A stretch of 64,000 nucleotides of DNA from Rickettsiales bacterium (GCA_013214525.1 JABSSG010000001.1:18514-82513), one strand, 5' to 3'; shown: positions 37,955 through 48,107, counted from the first letter of the stretch. Notes: generated by a model from the sequence alone, not told the origin. Numbers and translations: made by a program.

Positions 37955-40534
37955 ATGGAAGGGTTAACAACCAAGCAAGCACGTAACTTACTTAATACAC
38001 ATGGGCATAACATATTACCTAGAGCCACTCCTCCTAGCTTATTATGGATATTTATAAAACAATTCTTCAATCCTTTAATTTATATTCTAATAGTTGCTGC
38101 TATTATTTCCATATTCTTAGGAGAAGTCCCAACTGGTATTTTTATATTTATTTTACTTTGCATTAACTCAACGATTGGTGCAATACAAGAACGCTCTGCT
38201 CAAAAAGCTGTGATTTCTTTACAAAATTTCATGCCTAACTATACTCAAGTATTAAGAGATGGAACAGTATCTCGCATCAACTCAGAAGAATTAGTTCCTG
38301 GTGACATAATATTTTTAGAATCAGGAAATAAAATACCAGCAGATGCAATCTTGCTTGAAGCAAATAACCTAAATATCAATGAATCTCTTTTAACTGGTGA
38401 ATCTATGCCAGTCTCTAAAGATATAACCAAAAAAAATAATAAATTATTTGCAGGAACTTTAGTTGCTAAAGGAAGAGCAAAAGCACAAATATTATCTACT
38501 GGGTTAAATACTAAACTTGGCGAAATCGCTCAATCTGTTACTAAATCAAATATAGTGCAATCTCCATTAATAAAAAGAATTGAGAAATTCACAATTTATC
38601 TATCTACTGCTACAGTAATTTTTATAATAGTATTTTCAATTTTTGCTTTAATGAGCGGTGAAGAGTTTGCACAGATTTTTACTCTTGCAATCGCATTAGC
38701 AGTCGCTGCAATTCCTGAAGGATTACCAACTTCTATTACTGTTGTGCTTGCCGTAGGAGTATATAGAATGGCTAAGTCAAATGTAATTGTTAGAAAACTT
38801 CTTGCAGTAGAATCTTTAGGATCTTGTACATATATTGTTTCAGATAAAACAGGAACACTCACCAAAAACAAATTAACAATTGAAACTATAATATTACCAG
38901 ATAACAAAGAATTTTCTAACCATAGCCACAATTCTTCTGAGAAAGATGAGAGTAGTTTTAGAAATCCTAACAAAGCATTACAAGATTTAATCTTAGCAGG
39001 AAGTTTAGCTAATGAAGCACATCAAAATGCTGAAGAAGTCTCTGGAGATGTTGTTGATGTTGCCTTTCTGACTTTAGGAAAAAAAATAAACATATCAAAA
39101 AACAATTTATCAACACAATATAAGCTTTATAAATTCATTCCCTATGAATCAGAAAACAAATTTTCTGCTGGCATCTATACTACAAACAACAAAAAAATAA
39201 TATTCGCAAAAGGTGGTTATGAAACTATTTTACAAATGTGTAAGAATATGAAAATAGGAAATAAAACATTGAAACTAGATAAAAAACAGATAGTAAATCA
39301 AGTAGAAAAACTAGCTAAACTAGGCTATAAAGTCATTGCTCTCGCACAAGGAGAATATACTCATAAAGAGAAAACTCACTCAAAAAAACTTAAAAACCTA
39401 TCATTCCTTGGTATTGTAGGAATAACAGACCCTCTCCGCCCTGAAGCAAAAAATTCAATAGACCAAATAGCAAAAGCTGGAGTAAAAACCGTTATGGTTA
39501 CAGGAGATCACCCAATCACAGCTTTTACTATAGCACAACGCTTAGGCATGAATATTAACAAAAAAGATATAGTAACAGGTGCAGATTTAAAATCAGCAAC
39601 CCAAAAAGGAGAACAAGCAGTAAAAAAACTTATTGAAAATAAAAAAGTATTCGCTCATATAGAACCTTTACAAAAACAAGTTATAGTTCAAGCATTAATG
39701 GATATGGGCCATTACGTCGCTGTAACTGGAGATGGCGTAAATGATGCACCTGCTCTAAAATACGCAAATATTGGTGTAGCTATGGGAAAAAATGGTACAG
39801 ATATAGCCAGAGATAGTGCAGATATAATTTTGACCGATGATAACTTTGCTTCCATAGTAAAAGGGATTATGCATGGTCGAGTTGTGTATAATAATATTAG
39901 AAAGGTTATATTTGTTCTTCTTTCAACTGGTATTGCCGAGATTTTCCTATTCCTTTTAGCTTTATTGTTTAATACCCCAATGCCATTGCTTGCAATACAA
40001 CTGCTTTGGCTCAACATAATAATACATGGCATACAAGATGAAGCATTTGGCTTTGAACCAGTTGAAGGAGATGAGTTAACTTCTTCCCCTCGTAAACCAG
40101 ATGAGCAAATCTTCGATAGATTTATGACAGGAAGAATATTTTCTGCAAGTATATATATAGGTGGCATATGTTTCTTAGCTTTTTATTTTTTTCTAAATAA
40201 CGGATATGGCATCGAAAAAGCTAGGAGTTTTACTTTATTACTAATGGTATTATTCGGTAATATACAAGCTCTAATAAGTAAATCTGAAACCAAATTTATT
40301 ACTAAAATAAATCTACTTGACAATAAAGTATTATTTTTCAGCATAATAATATCACAAATGATACATATCACATCTATGTATACCCCATATTTGCAAGGGT
40401 TATTTCATGTTCATCCTGTTGGAATAAAAGAATGGACTATATTATTAGCTATAGCTTCTAGTTTATTTTTTGCAGAAGCAATTTATAGAAAGCTCTATCA
40501 TAAATTTTTCAACTATACTACTTCTCAGGAGTAG
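37955..40534 (+). CDS. P-type cation-transporting ATPase (type II, Ca2+/Mg2+-like)
   Basis: TGES, DKTGTLT, TGDHP and TGDGVNDAPALK motifs; about 10 TM segments. Confidence 0.85.
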   Translation: MEGLTTKQARNLLNTHGHNILPRATPPSLLWIFIKQFFNPLIYILIVAAIISIFLGEVPTGIFIFILLCINSTIGAIQERSAQKAVISLQNFMPNYTQVLRDGTVSRINSEELVPGDIIFLESGNKIPADAILLEANNLNINESLLTGESMPVSKDITKKNNKLFAGTLVAKGRAKAQILSTGLNTKLGEIAQSVTKSNIVQSPLIKRIEKFTIYLSTATVIFIIVFSIFALMSGEEFAQIFTLAIALAVAAIPEGLPTSITVVLAVGVYRMAKSNVIVRKLLAVESLGSCTYIVSDKTGTLTKNKLTIETIILPDNKEFSNHSHNSSEKDESSFRNPNKALQDLILAGSLANEAHQNAEEVSGDVVDVAFLTLGKKINISKNNLSTQYKLYKFIPYESENKFSAGIYTTNNKKIIFAKGGYETILQMCKNMKIGNKTLKLDKKQIVNQVEKLAKLGYKVIALAQGEYTHKEKTHSKKLKNLSFLGIVGITDPLRPEAKNSIDQIAKAGVKTVMVTGDHPITAFTIAQRLGMNINKKDIVTGADLKSATQKGEQAVKKLIENKKVFAHIEPLQKQVIVQALMDMGHYVAVTGDGVNDAPALKYANIGVAMGKNGTDIARDSADIILTDDNFASIVKGIMHGRVVYNNIRKVIFVLLSTGIAEIFLFLLALLFNTPMPLLAIQLLWLNIIIHGIQDEAFGFEPVEGDELTSSPRKPDEQIFDRFMTGRIFSASIYIGGICFLAFYFFLNNGYGIEKARSFTLLLMVLFGNIQALISKSETKFITKINLLDNKVLFFSIIISQMIHITSMYTPYLQGLFHVHPVGIKEWTILLAIASSLFFAEAIYRKLYHKFFNYTTSQE

Positions 40535-41615
40535 GTTTTGATTGATCAATTAGCTCCTTAAATTTTTCATAGCTCATCGCTCCTGAAATAAACTTACCGT
40601 TTATTACAAAAGAAGGAACACCCTGTACACCAGATTTTTGAGCTAAATTTAAATTTTCTTTAATTAAATCATCTACTCTTTTTGAATTTGCCTCTTGAAC
40701 AAGCTTGTCCTTATCAAGATTATATTTACTTATCAAAGTAAATATTGTTCCTTCGTTAATTGAATTAGATTTAATTAAATCAGAATGAAATGCATAAAAT
40801 TTATCTGGATACAAATTATTCACAGCTAATGAAAATCTAGTAGCTTTTGTTGAATCAGCTCCCATAAAAGGTAATGGCACCAATGATATCTTTAAATTAG
40901 GATATTCATTAATTAGCTTTACAAGCTGAGGATATACCTTATGGCAATGTATGCATTTGTAATCAAAAAATTCAATTATATTACTAGTGCCATTTTTATT
41001 TCCTATAAAAGGCTTTCCTTCGGTTAGAGAACCACCACTTTTACTCAAAAATTCTTCCGATTTTTTAGCTTTTTCCTCGCTAGCTTTCTTCTCAAGTCTA
41101 GCTACAGACTCCATAATAACCTCAGGATTATTAAGAATAAAATCTTTAGTAATATTTTTTACATCATCTTCAGTTAAAGATTTCTGTTGTATAATTTGAG
41201 CTGGCTTATCTTGTGCTTTAGTAGCAGCTGGAACAACTGGACTTGGAGTTGGGCTTGGCAGTTTATTCCTAACCACTTTTGGTGCTTTAGTTTTTGACTC
41301 CCCAGAAAAATACCTTAAAAATTTTCCTCTAACTCCAAACAATACTACTGCTGCAACCACCACTATTAATGCTATATAGCTCCATCTCATTTTTTTACTA
41401 TTACCACCAGTATCATTTTGAGGAGCTGATCCTTCATGCTGAAATCCTTGGTTATCTTCTGTGTCTTGCTGCATATCATCTTCGTGCGAATATTCAGTAG
41501 TTTCTTCAGCACCCTCCTTTGAATCATTTTCATCATCTCCTTCAGAAGAACCTTTAAACTCTTCTTCAAGTGCATTTTTATTCTCTGTATCTTTATCAGG
41601 GTTATCTTTGCTCAT
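40518..41615 (-). CDS. DsbA/Com1-like thiol:disulfide oxidoreductase with long acidic N-terminal extension
   Basis: C-terminal thioredoxin fold with FFDYKCIHCHK (CxxC) and GVQGVPSFVING. Preceded by about 80 acidic residues, one TM segment and a Pro-rich linker. Confidence 0.7.
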   Translation of the reverse strand: MSKDNPDKDTENKNALEEEFKGSSEGDDENDSKEGAEETTEYSHEDDMQQDTEDNQGFQHEGSAPQNDTGGNSKKMRWSYIALIVVVAAVVLFGVRGKFLRYFSGESKTKAPKVVRNKLPSPTPSPVVPAATKAQDKPAQIIQQKSLTEDDVKNITKDFILNNPEVIMESVARLEKKASEEKAKKSEEFLSKSGGSLTEGKPFIGNKNGTSNIIEFFDYKCIHCHKVYPQLVKLINEYPNLKISLVPLPFMGADSTKATRFSLAVNNLYPDKFYAFHSDLIKSNSINEGTIFTLISKYNLDKDKLVQEANSKRVDDLIKENLNLAQKSGVQGVPSFVINGKFISGAMSYEKFKELIDQSKPTPEK

Positions 41616-41624
41616 ATTGAAAAT

Positions 41625-42989
41625 CTATTTATTAATGAATTTACTAACATCTTCTATTTTTAACTTCAATTTATCATCTTTGCCAACATATTTTTTCGCA
41701 ATCCTAATAAATTTTTTCGCATCTTTATATCTATGAAGCAAAATAGCCTCTTCTGCGAGCATTAAATTACTATATCCTAACTCTCCCAAACTTCCATAAG
41801 CTATTGCCAAATTTCTATATATATATGGACTTTTTTGATACGGTATACTTAAAATTTTATTTAAAATAACAATAGACCTATTCAGAACAGATTTTTTTTG
41901 ATTCTGATCCTTGTAGAGTTTACTAGCATGTATTAATACTATAGCATAATCTATTTCAGAAGTAGGGTTCTTCCCTAATAACGAAATAGCCTTTTCATAG
42001 GCTTCAACGGACTGTAATATTTGTCTAGTTTCAAATAAAAACTGTCCTTTAAGTTCATATAAATAACCATCTCTTTGATTATGCTCAATCAAATCATCAA
42101 GAATCTTAAAAGATTTTGTAAATTGTGAGGTTTTATAAAAAGCTATAGCATCTCCATAACTCCTAGCAAATCCTGTTAAATCTTTTTTCGTATTCTTTAA
42201 ATAGTTATCCGTATCAAGAAAAGCACTAAGTTTTGCTACAACTCTTGCATAAGCTTCCTTATCATGCTCCTCTGATTTACCAAATAAAGAATTACGTTTT
42301 TCATTAAGAAAATATTCACGCACTCTTTTTAGCCTTTCTTTACTTAATGGATGAGTAAGCATATACGGACTAACAGTATCACTATTTAAATATAGCTCCG
42401 TACTATTAAAATACTCTAATAACTCAACAAAACCCTTTGTGGTATTACCAGAGTTATGTAAATACTTAACTGCCAGAGTATCTGCAACTGTTTCCTGTTC
42501 ACGAGAGTATTTTGTGTAACTTCTTTCTGCTGCGTGATGACCTCCCAATATAACAGCTGTACCTAAATCAGGACTACCAGCAATCACCGCAGAAACTCCT
42601 AATAAAGTAGTTAATAAACTCTGTTGTAAAATCTTTTCAACTTTACCATGACGTAATAATACATGACCGCTTGCTAAATGAGCTAATTCATGTGCAACTA
42701 CCCCCTCCAGAATATTTGGATCATTAAACGCAGTAATCAATCCTGTATGGATAAAAAGTCTATTCCCTTGTGTAACAAACGCATTAATACTTGGATCAAT
42801 AATTACATAAATTTTTAATTTTTCACTTGAAATACCCGCTGCCTTACAGAGTGGTGTTACAAGACGACGTATTGTTTTTAGAGTTTCTGTATCACTTAAC
42901 AACTCCATACGTCTCTGTTGTGCTAATACGCTTTTGGTATCTATAAACAAAAACAAAAATAATATAACAAATATGAATAACTTACGCAT
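41625..42989 (-). CDS. M48-family metalloprotease with C-terminal TPR region (BepA-like)
   Basis: HELAHLASGH HExxH motif and signal peptide MRKLFIFVILFLFLFIDTKSVLA. The start is set at ATG 42989. Confidence 0.75.
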   Translation of the reverse strand: MRKLFIFVILFLFLFIDTKSVLAQQRRMELLSDTETLKTIRRLVTPLCKAAGISSEKLKIYVIIDPSINAFVTQGNRLFIHTGLITAFNDPNILEGVVAHELAHLASGHVLLRHGKVEKILQQSLLTTLLGVSAVIAGSPDLGTAVILGGHHAAERSYTKYSREQETVADTLAVKYLHNSGNTTKGFVELLEYFNSTELYLNSDTVSPYMLTHPLSKERLKRVREYFLNEKRNSLFGKSEEHDKEAYARVVAKLSAFLDTDNYLKNTKKDLTGFARSYGDAIAFYKTSQFTKSFKILDDLIEHNQRDGYLYELKGQFLFETRQILQSVEAYEKAISLLGKNPTSEIDYAIVLIHASKLYKDQNQKKSVLNRSIVILNKILSIPYQKSPYIYRNLAIAYGSLGELGYSNLMLAEEAILLHRYKDAKKFIRIAKKYVGKDDKLKLKIEDVSKFINK

Positions 42990-43024
42990 GTTTTTTAACC
43001 CATAACTGAGGTTTAAATGTAAAA

Positions 43025-43765
43025 TCACTTTAAACCAATAAAAGATAAATTATATCCTTCTAGTTTTTTTTGTGAGAGACAAGCTTGTCTATAACTAAAA
43101 AAATCAGGATATGTAAGAGTATCTATCTTCATATCATAAATTTTTTTAATGAACGCTTTATTAAGTAAGTTTTTTACATACTCAGGTAAATCAAAAAAAT
43201 ATTTTTCTTTATTCTCTGTATTACTCTGAAAAAACTTTGTGTTCTTCATATCTTTCAATAAAAATTTATTCCTAAAATTTTTATCAACTTCATATGAGGA
43301 TTGCCTTATACAAGGGCCAATTATAGCAACCATATTATCCTTATCAGCACCAGCCTTCTGCATTGCTTGTAATGTTGAATTAATTACCCCACTAAAAGCA
43401 CCCTTCCAACCCGCATGGACAGCTCCTACAATACCTATATTTTGATCTACTAATAATATTGGAACACAATCTGCAGTATGAACCGCTAGAATTACTTTAT
43501 TATTTCTTGTAACTTGTGCATCTCCTTCATAATTATAATTTATATCTTCAAACGACTCAATCTCAGCACAATTTATACCATGCACCTGTTTCAAAAGCGA
43601 CATAGATATATGATCACTACCAAGAATCTTTATAACTTTCTTTCTATTCTCAACAGCATCTTCATGATCTCTATATTTATGAATAAAAATATCTGGATGA
43701 CTACCTAAAAATCCATATATCAGATTATTAGGTAAAAAATCTTTATGTTGAATTATATGTTGCAT
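43025..43765 (-). CDS. pgeF: Peptidoglycan editing factor PgeF (YfiH / laccase-domain protein)
   Basis: HTADCVPILL and HAGWKG motifs plus a C-terminal FSYR motif. Confidence 0.8.
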   Translation of the reverse strand: MQHIIQHKDFLPNNLIYGFLGSHPDIFIHKYRDHEDAVENRKKVIKILGSDHISMSLLKQVHGINCAEIESFEDINYNYEGDAQVTRNNKVILAVHTADCVPILLVDQNIGIVGAVHAGWKGAFSGVINSTLQAMQKAGADKDNMVAIIGPCIRQSSYEVDKNFRNKFLLKDMKNTKFFQSNTENKEKYFFDLPEYVKNLLNKAFIKKIYDMKIDTLTYPDFFSYRQACLSQKKLEGYNLSFIGLK

Positions 43766-43796
43766 GATCGATTGTATTTACGTTACCATTTAAACG

Positions 43797-44630
43797 ATGG
43801 ACTTTAAAAAAATACTACAATTTTATAAAGAAAAACTCTACAGGGAATTTAATTTAATTCCTGTCTTAGGCTATGAACTAGAATTCTATATTACACTTAA
43901 GGATCATCAAGAAAGTTCTTATTTATCATCTATGATAATAAAAAATTGGCTTTCAGAAATCATCTCCTACAAATGGAATATTGTCAAAGAATGTGGGTTT
44001 AATCAATTTGAAATACAGCTAAACCCTACAACAAACATACTTTTTTTATTTGAAGTTGATAAACTCATAAAAGAAAAAATTATAAAAGCATTAAAACATC
44101 ATAAAGCTAAAATATCATTTGCAGCAAAGCCATTCAACAATCAACCAAGCAGTGCTTTACATACTCACTTAAATTTTATAAAAAAAATAGATAATAATTA
44201 TATCAATATAAAAGATCTTAAATTTGTAATTGGCGGTCTTTTACACACACTTGCTGATTTCATGATTTGTTTTGCTCCGAATATAGACTCATATAAACGT
44301 TATTCCCTTAAATCAATGACTACACCTAAAAATATTTCTTGGGGATATAATAATAGAACCACAGCACTTAGAATTCTTCATGATTCTGAAGGAAATCCTA
44401 GGATAGAACATCGTGTTGCAGGCTCTGATGCAGAATTATCAGAAATAATTGCAGCTATTTTATGTGGTTCTTACTTCGGATTAAAACAAAAAATTTTACC
44501 AATACCTCCCACTTATGGTCTAGCATTTGACTCTCAATATAATTTAACTCCATTACCTACAAATTTAATTGAGGCAAAGAAAAATTTTACAAAAAGTCAA
44601 TTTTGGGATATGTTTAACGCACTTATTTAA
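43797..44630 (+). CDS. Glutamine synthetase catalytic-domain-like protein (short form, no N-terminal beta-grasp)
   Basis: GYELEFY, SALHTHLNF and NRTTALRI...RIEHRVAGSDA motifs from the GS catalytic domain, in only 277 aa. Confidence 0.6.
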   Translation: MDFKKILQFYKEKLYREFNLIPVLGYELEFYITLKDHQESSYLSSMIIKNWLSEIISYKWNIVKECGFNQFEIQLNPTTNILFLFEVDKLIKEKIIKALKHHKAKISFAAKPFNNQPSSALHTHLNFIKKIDNNYINIKDLKFVIGGLLHTLADFMICFAPNIDSYKRYSLKSMTTPKNISWGYNNRTTALRILHDSEGNPRIEHRVAGSDAELSEIIAAILCGSYFGLKQKILPIPPTYGLAFDSQYNLTPLPTNLIEAKKNFTKSQFWDMFNALI

Positions 44631-44663
44631 AAATAGGAATGTTCAAGTACAAGTGAGTATATA
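44621..44663. repeat. Family A right arm only, overlapping the stop of the GS-like gene
   Basis: ACTTATTTAAAAATAGGAATGTTCAAGTACAAGTGAGTATA matches the right arm of 12893..13060. Confidence 0.65.
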
Positions 44664-44682
44664 CATAATTGTACTTGTAAAT

Positions 44683-44770
44683 GGAAGGGTGGCCGAGTGG
44701 TCGAAGGCGCACGCCTGGAAAGCGTGTAGGCAGCAATGTCTCGAGGGTTCGAATCCCTCTCCTTCCGCCA
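44683..44770 (+). tRNA. tRNA-Ser (anticodon GGA), long variable arm, encoded CCA
   Basis: Hand-folded: acceptor GGAAGGG/CTCCTTC (G-U pairs allowed), anticodon stem CACGC/GCGTG with loop CTGGAAA, T-loop GGTTCGAATCC. Confidence 0.9.
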
Positions 44771-44875
44771 TCTATCTTCGCTAATTTTACAAAAATAAAA
44801 TTTAACTACGACGTAATAACATCGGAACATGCGGAATGAATGCCATGCCGAAGCTCCTTGCGTAGGTGATCTTTA

Positions 44876-44985
44876 TAACCCTAGTTATGGATTAGAAAGA
44901 TTTTAGATTCTTAAGATATTTTTAGTGAAAATTAGCAATTTTTATGCAGGAATAGCAATGTTTTTGTAATCCATAATTGGGGTTT
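44876..44985. repeat. Family C element (short full copy)
   Basis: Termini AACCCTAGTTATGGATTAGAAAG / TGTAATCCATAATTGGGGTT. Confidence 0.8.
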
Positions 44986-44989
44986 ATAA

Positions 44990-45037
44990 TATACTCCTAG
45001 TACTTGAAGATCCCTGTTCTTAAGTACGATTAGTATA
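44990..45037. repeat. Family A miniature copy
   Basis: TATACTCCTAGTACTTGAAGATCCCTGTTCTTAAGTACGATTAGTATA. Confidence 0.6.
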
Positions 45038-45050
45038 AAACAAACTACTT

Positions 45051-45213
45051 ATACCATTTTTTGTAAATAATTGATGTTTTAGGGTTCGAGATTTAATGAC
45101 AGAATCAAGTTTCAAAAATCTTGTACAACATTGCTATACAAGACTTTTTTAAACGATGATAATGGCATAAAGGTCGAAATGATAAAAGGTCAATTATTTA
45201 CGAAAAATGGTAT
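45051..45213. repeat. Palindromic element, family B (second copy)
   Basis: Collinear with 34770..34933 along its whole length, with one mismatch between its TIRs. It ends 2 nt before the mlaC-like stop codon. Confidence 0.85.
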
Positions 45214-45215
45214 TA

Positions 45216-45857
45216 TCATTCTTTCTGGTCAACTCTATTTCGCTTCGCTCTTAATTGCTGTAAAAGATTTTGTACTCCTGATCTTTGAACAATTGATGAA
45301 AATTCAGCACGTTGAGAAATTAAAGTACTTACTCCTTCAACTATCATATCCAAACATTTATATCCTGTATTTGTACGTCTAATTCTATATTTCAACATAA
45401 CTGGATTTTGACTTTCATTTGTTGTCAGCCTGATTCTTACATCATAATCCTGCTTATCAATCGACTGAATTTTAAGTATTTCATAAGAGTCATCACTATC
45501 GTATTTTATCAAAATAGGAAAATAATTACCAACAAGATAGTCTAAATACAAAGACTCATATTCCCCTTTTTGATTACTAGATAGTTTTCTATAATTTACT
45601 CCTAGTGCAAATCGAGACATCCATGCAATATCAAAACTTTCTTCAACAATAGCTTTTACTTTGATTCGCTTATTCTTTAATGAAGTATTAGGGTGCTTCA
45701 CAGCATCAATTAAGTTCTGTGCAACTTTATCTACAAATGATTTAACACCTTCTTCACCAGCAAAAGATAATAAAGAAACGGCTGGCGTAAAAACCATAGT
45801 TAATATCACCGCAAAAAATAATATTCTAAAATATCTCTTCTTAAACATTTTAGTCAT
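45216..45857 (-). CDS. mlaC: MlaC/Ttg2D-like phospholipid-binding periplasmic protein
   Basis: Signal peptide, an FDIAWMSRFALGVNYRKLS toluene-tolerance-family motif, and an 8-nt overlap with mlaA. Confidence 0.6.
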   Translation of the reverse strand: MTKMFKKRYFRILFFAVILTMVFTPAVSLLSFAGEEGVKSFVDKVAQNLIDAVKHPNTSLKNKRIKVKAIVEESFDIAWMSRFALGVNYRKLSSNQKGEYESLYLDYLVGNYFPILIKYDSDDSYEILKIQSIDKQDYDVRIRLTTNESQNPVMLKYRIRRTNTGYKCLDMIVEGVSTLISQRAEFSSIVQRSGVQNLLQQLRAKRNRVDQKE

Positions 45858-46611
45858 AATTTATTACTTCCTCTTCTTGTTCACATACTGGATTTCTTCC
45901 AGCTAACAATTGTATATACAAGCTTCTAGTCTTACTATATGAATCTATAGATGTATCTTCTATATCGTCCAAAATTTGATCATTTTTTACTCTTGATTGA
46001 ACAGCTGTTGCTGCCCCGTATTCTAAACGAATACCATCATATTGGTAAACAAAAACCGCACTAACTGGATCTGTAAATGTATCGATAACTTTTCCGTAAA
46101 GTTCCCGAGTTGTAAATGGTCCAAGCAACGGCATTACCATATACATTCCGTAATTATGTCCGTAGTGAGTAAGAGTTTTACTAAATGTCTGCTGTTCAAC
46201 ATTCAAATCAAACTTTGAAGCAAAATCAAATAGTCCTCCTATACCAAAAATCGTATTTACAAAAAATCTCCAAAAAGTTCTATTAGCTTGTTTAGGATTA
46301 CCTTGAATAATATAATTCACGAAAGATAATGGTTCTTTAATATTATAGAAAAAGCTGTTTACACGCTGTTTTCCCCATTCTGGCACAACTTTATGATACC
46401 CTTTTACAAGAGGTCTAATAAAAGATCTATCAACCGCTCTATTAAACCTAAATACTTTCCTGTTAAAATTTTCATGAGGATCATAAATTTTATAACATCT
46501 ACCACCTTCCCCCAGAGCAGACAAACTATAGCAAATAATTGCTGTTACTATTGAAATCCTAAAAATCATAATTTCTTTATTCTTCCACATATATCTCAAT
46601 ATAACACCCAA
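45850..46611 (-). CDS. mlaA: MlaA/VacJ-family outer-membrane lipid asymmetry protein
   Basis: DPHENFNRKVFRFNRAVDRSFIRPLVKGY and NTIFGIGGLFD motifs. Confidence 0.75.
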   Translation of the reverse strand: MGVILRYMWKNKEIMIFRISIVTAIICYSLSALGEGGRCYKIYDPHENFNRKVFRFNRAVDRSFIRPLVKGYHKVVPEWGKQRVNSFFYNIKEPLSFVNYIIQGNPKQANRTFWRFFVNTIFGIGGLFDFASKFDLNVEQQTFSKTLTHYGHNYGMYMVMPLLGPFTTRELYGKVIDTFTDPVSAVFVYQYDGIRLEYGAATAVQSRVKNDQILDDIEDTSIDSYSKTRSLYIQLLAGRNPVCEQEEEVINYD

Positions 46612-46673
46612 TTATTAATATTTAATTAATATTAAAAAAATATGATAATTTTCAGTAACATTATTCAGATAGA

Positions 46674-46780
46674 TATATACTATATTGTATTGTACTTGAA
46701 AACTCCAAAATTTTAAGCAATAAATAACAATCTTATTTTTAAACTCAAAAATAGGACTTCTCAAATGCAATGGGTGTGTC
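46674..46780. repeat. Family A shortened copy
   Basis: TATATACTATATTGTATTGTACTTGAAAACTCCAAAATTTTAAG ... CTCAAAAATAGGACTTCTCAAATGCAATGGGTGTG. Confidence 0.6.
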
Positions 46781-46871
46781 ATTAATATAATTATAGACCA
46801 ATATATTTATTGACATAAAATAGTTATGTGCAATAATAAGCCAAGTTATTTATAGGTTTGACTTATTTAAT

Positions 46872-46997
46872 ATGAAAATATTCAGTTCATTAAAAGCTTC
46901 AAAGACACGTGATAAAAATTGCATTCTAGTAAAAAGAAAGCGCAAGATTTATGTCATCAATAAAACAAATCCTCGCATGAAAGCACGTCAAGGTTAA
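46872..46997 (+). CDS. rpmJ: 50S ribosomal protein L36 (non-zinc type)
   Basis: Not in the ORF track (41 aa). Translation is [41 protein letters not shown]. Confidence 0.85.
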   Translation: MKIFSSLKASKTRDKNCILVKRKRKIYVINKTNPRMKARQG

Positions 46998-47009
46998 TAC
47001 CCCCTGATT

Positions 47010-48107
47010 ATGAGTGCCGCTATCACCTTATCTAATTTATCTGATGATATATTTGGTTTAACCAAATCAGAAATTATAGAAATCCTATCTAAACTAGAAG
47101 AAAAATCTTTTAGAGCTAAACAAATTTGGCGATGGATATATTGTGAGTCTGTTTTTGATTACGCCAAAATGACTGATCTATCAAAAGCTACTCGTCAAAA
47201 ACTTACTGAGCATTTAAAATTTCAATTACCAGATATAGATACATCTCTTACCTCTTGTGATGGAACTGTCAAATTTGTATTAAAATTCGCAGATAATAAA
47301 AAAGTAGAAACCGTTTATATTCCTGAAACTAAACGAGTTACTATTTGCGTATCTTCACAGGTAGGATGTGCTTTAAAATGCAAATTTTGTCATACTGGCA
47401 CTCAAAAACTTATGAGGAATCTTTCAGCCGCTGAAATTGTCAAACAAGTTATATTAGTACATAACTTTGCTCAAAAAAAAGCACAAGAAGCGGGCGAAAA
47501 AATAAAACCTATTAATATTGTTTTCATGGGCATGGGAGAACCTTTTTATAACTATAATAATGTTGCTAAAGCTATCAAAATTATCATGGATAATGAAGGG
47601 CTAGCAATCTCTCGCAGAAGAATTACTATTTCCACCTCAGGCATCATACCAATAATAAAAAAATGTGCTGAAGAACTAAGAGTAAACCTAGCAATCTCTC
47701 TCCACGCTCCTTCTAATGAAGTCAGAAATAAAATTATGCCTATTAATAGAAGATACCCTATAGAACAACTAATTGAGACTTGTAGAAAATATCAAAAAAT
47801 AGCAAACTCTAGACGTATAACTTTCGAATACGTAATGCTTAAATCTTTAAATGATTCTGTAAACCAAGCAAGAAGTTTGATTCAGCTAATTAAAGGAATT
47901 CCATGTATTGTAAATTTACTACCATTTAATAAATGGCCTGGGTCATCATATGAATGCTCAGATAAATCTGCTATAAGTGATTTTGCTCAAATAATTAAAA
48001 ACTCAGGCTACCAAGCTACTATTAGAACTCCACGTGGGCAAGATATACTTGCTGCTTGCGGTCAATTAAAATCCGAAACAACAAAAAAAATTTTTAGTGA
48101 AAATTAG
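47010..48107 (+). CDS. rlmN: Dual-specificity RNA methyltransferase RlmN (radical SAM)
   Basis: CALKCKFCHTG radical-SAM cluster motif, an FRAKQIWRW N-terminus, and a C-terminal ACGQL motif. Confidence 0.9.
   Translation: MSAAITLSNLSDDIFGLTKSEIIEILSKLEEKSFRAKQIWRWIYCESVFDYAKMTDLSKATRQKLTEHLKFQLPDIDTSLTSCDGTVKFVLKFADNKKVETVYIPETKRVTICVSSQVGCALKCKFCHTGTQKLMRNLSAAEIVKQVILVHNFAQKKAQEAGEKIKPINIVFMGMGEPFYNYNNVAKAIKIIMDNEGLAISRRRITISTSGIIPIIKKCAEELRVNLAISLHAPSNEVRNKIMPINRRYPIEQLIETCRKYQKIANSRRITFEYVMLKSLNDSVNQARSLIQLIKGIPCIVNLLPFNKWPGSSYECSDKSAISDFAQIIKNSGYQATIRTPRGQDILAACGQLKSETTKKIFSEN

Noticed and set aside
44569-44830. ORFs 44569..44784 (+) and 44627..44830 (-).
   Set aside because: Both run through tRNA-Ser (44683..44770) and repeat arms, so they are not credible coding regions.
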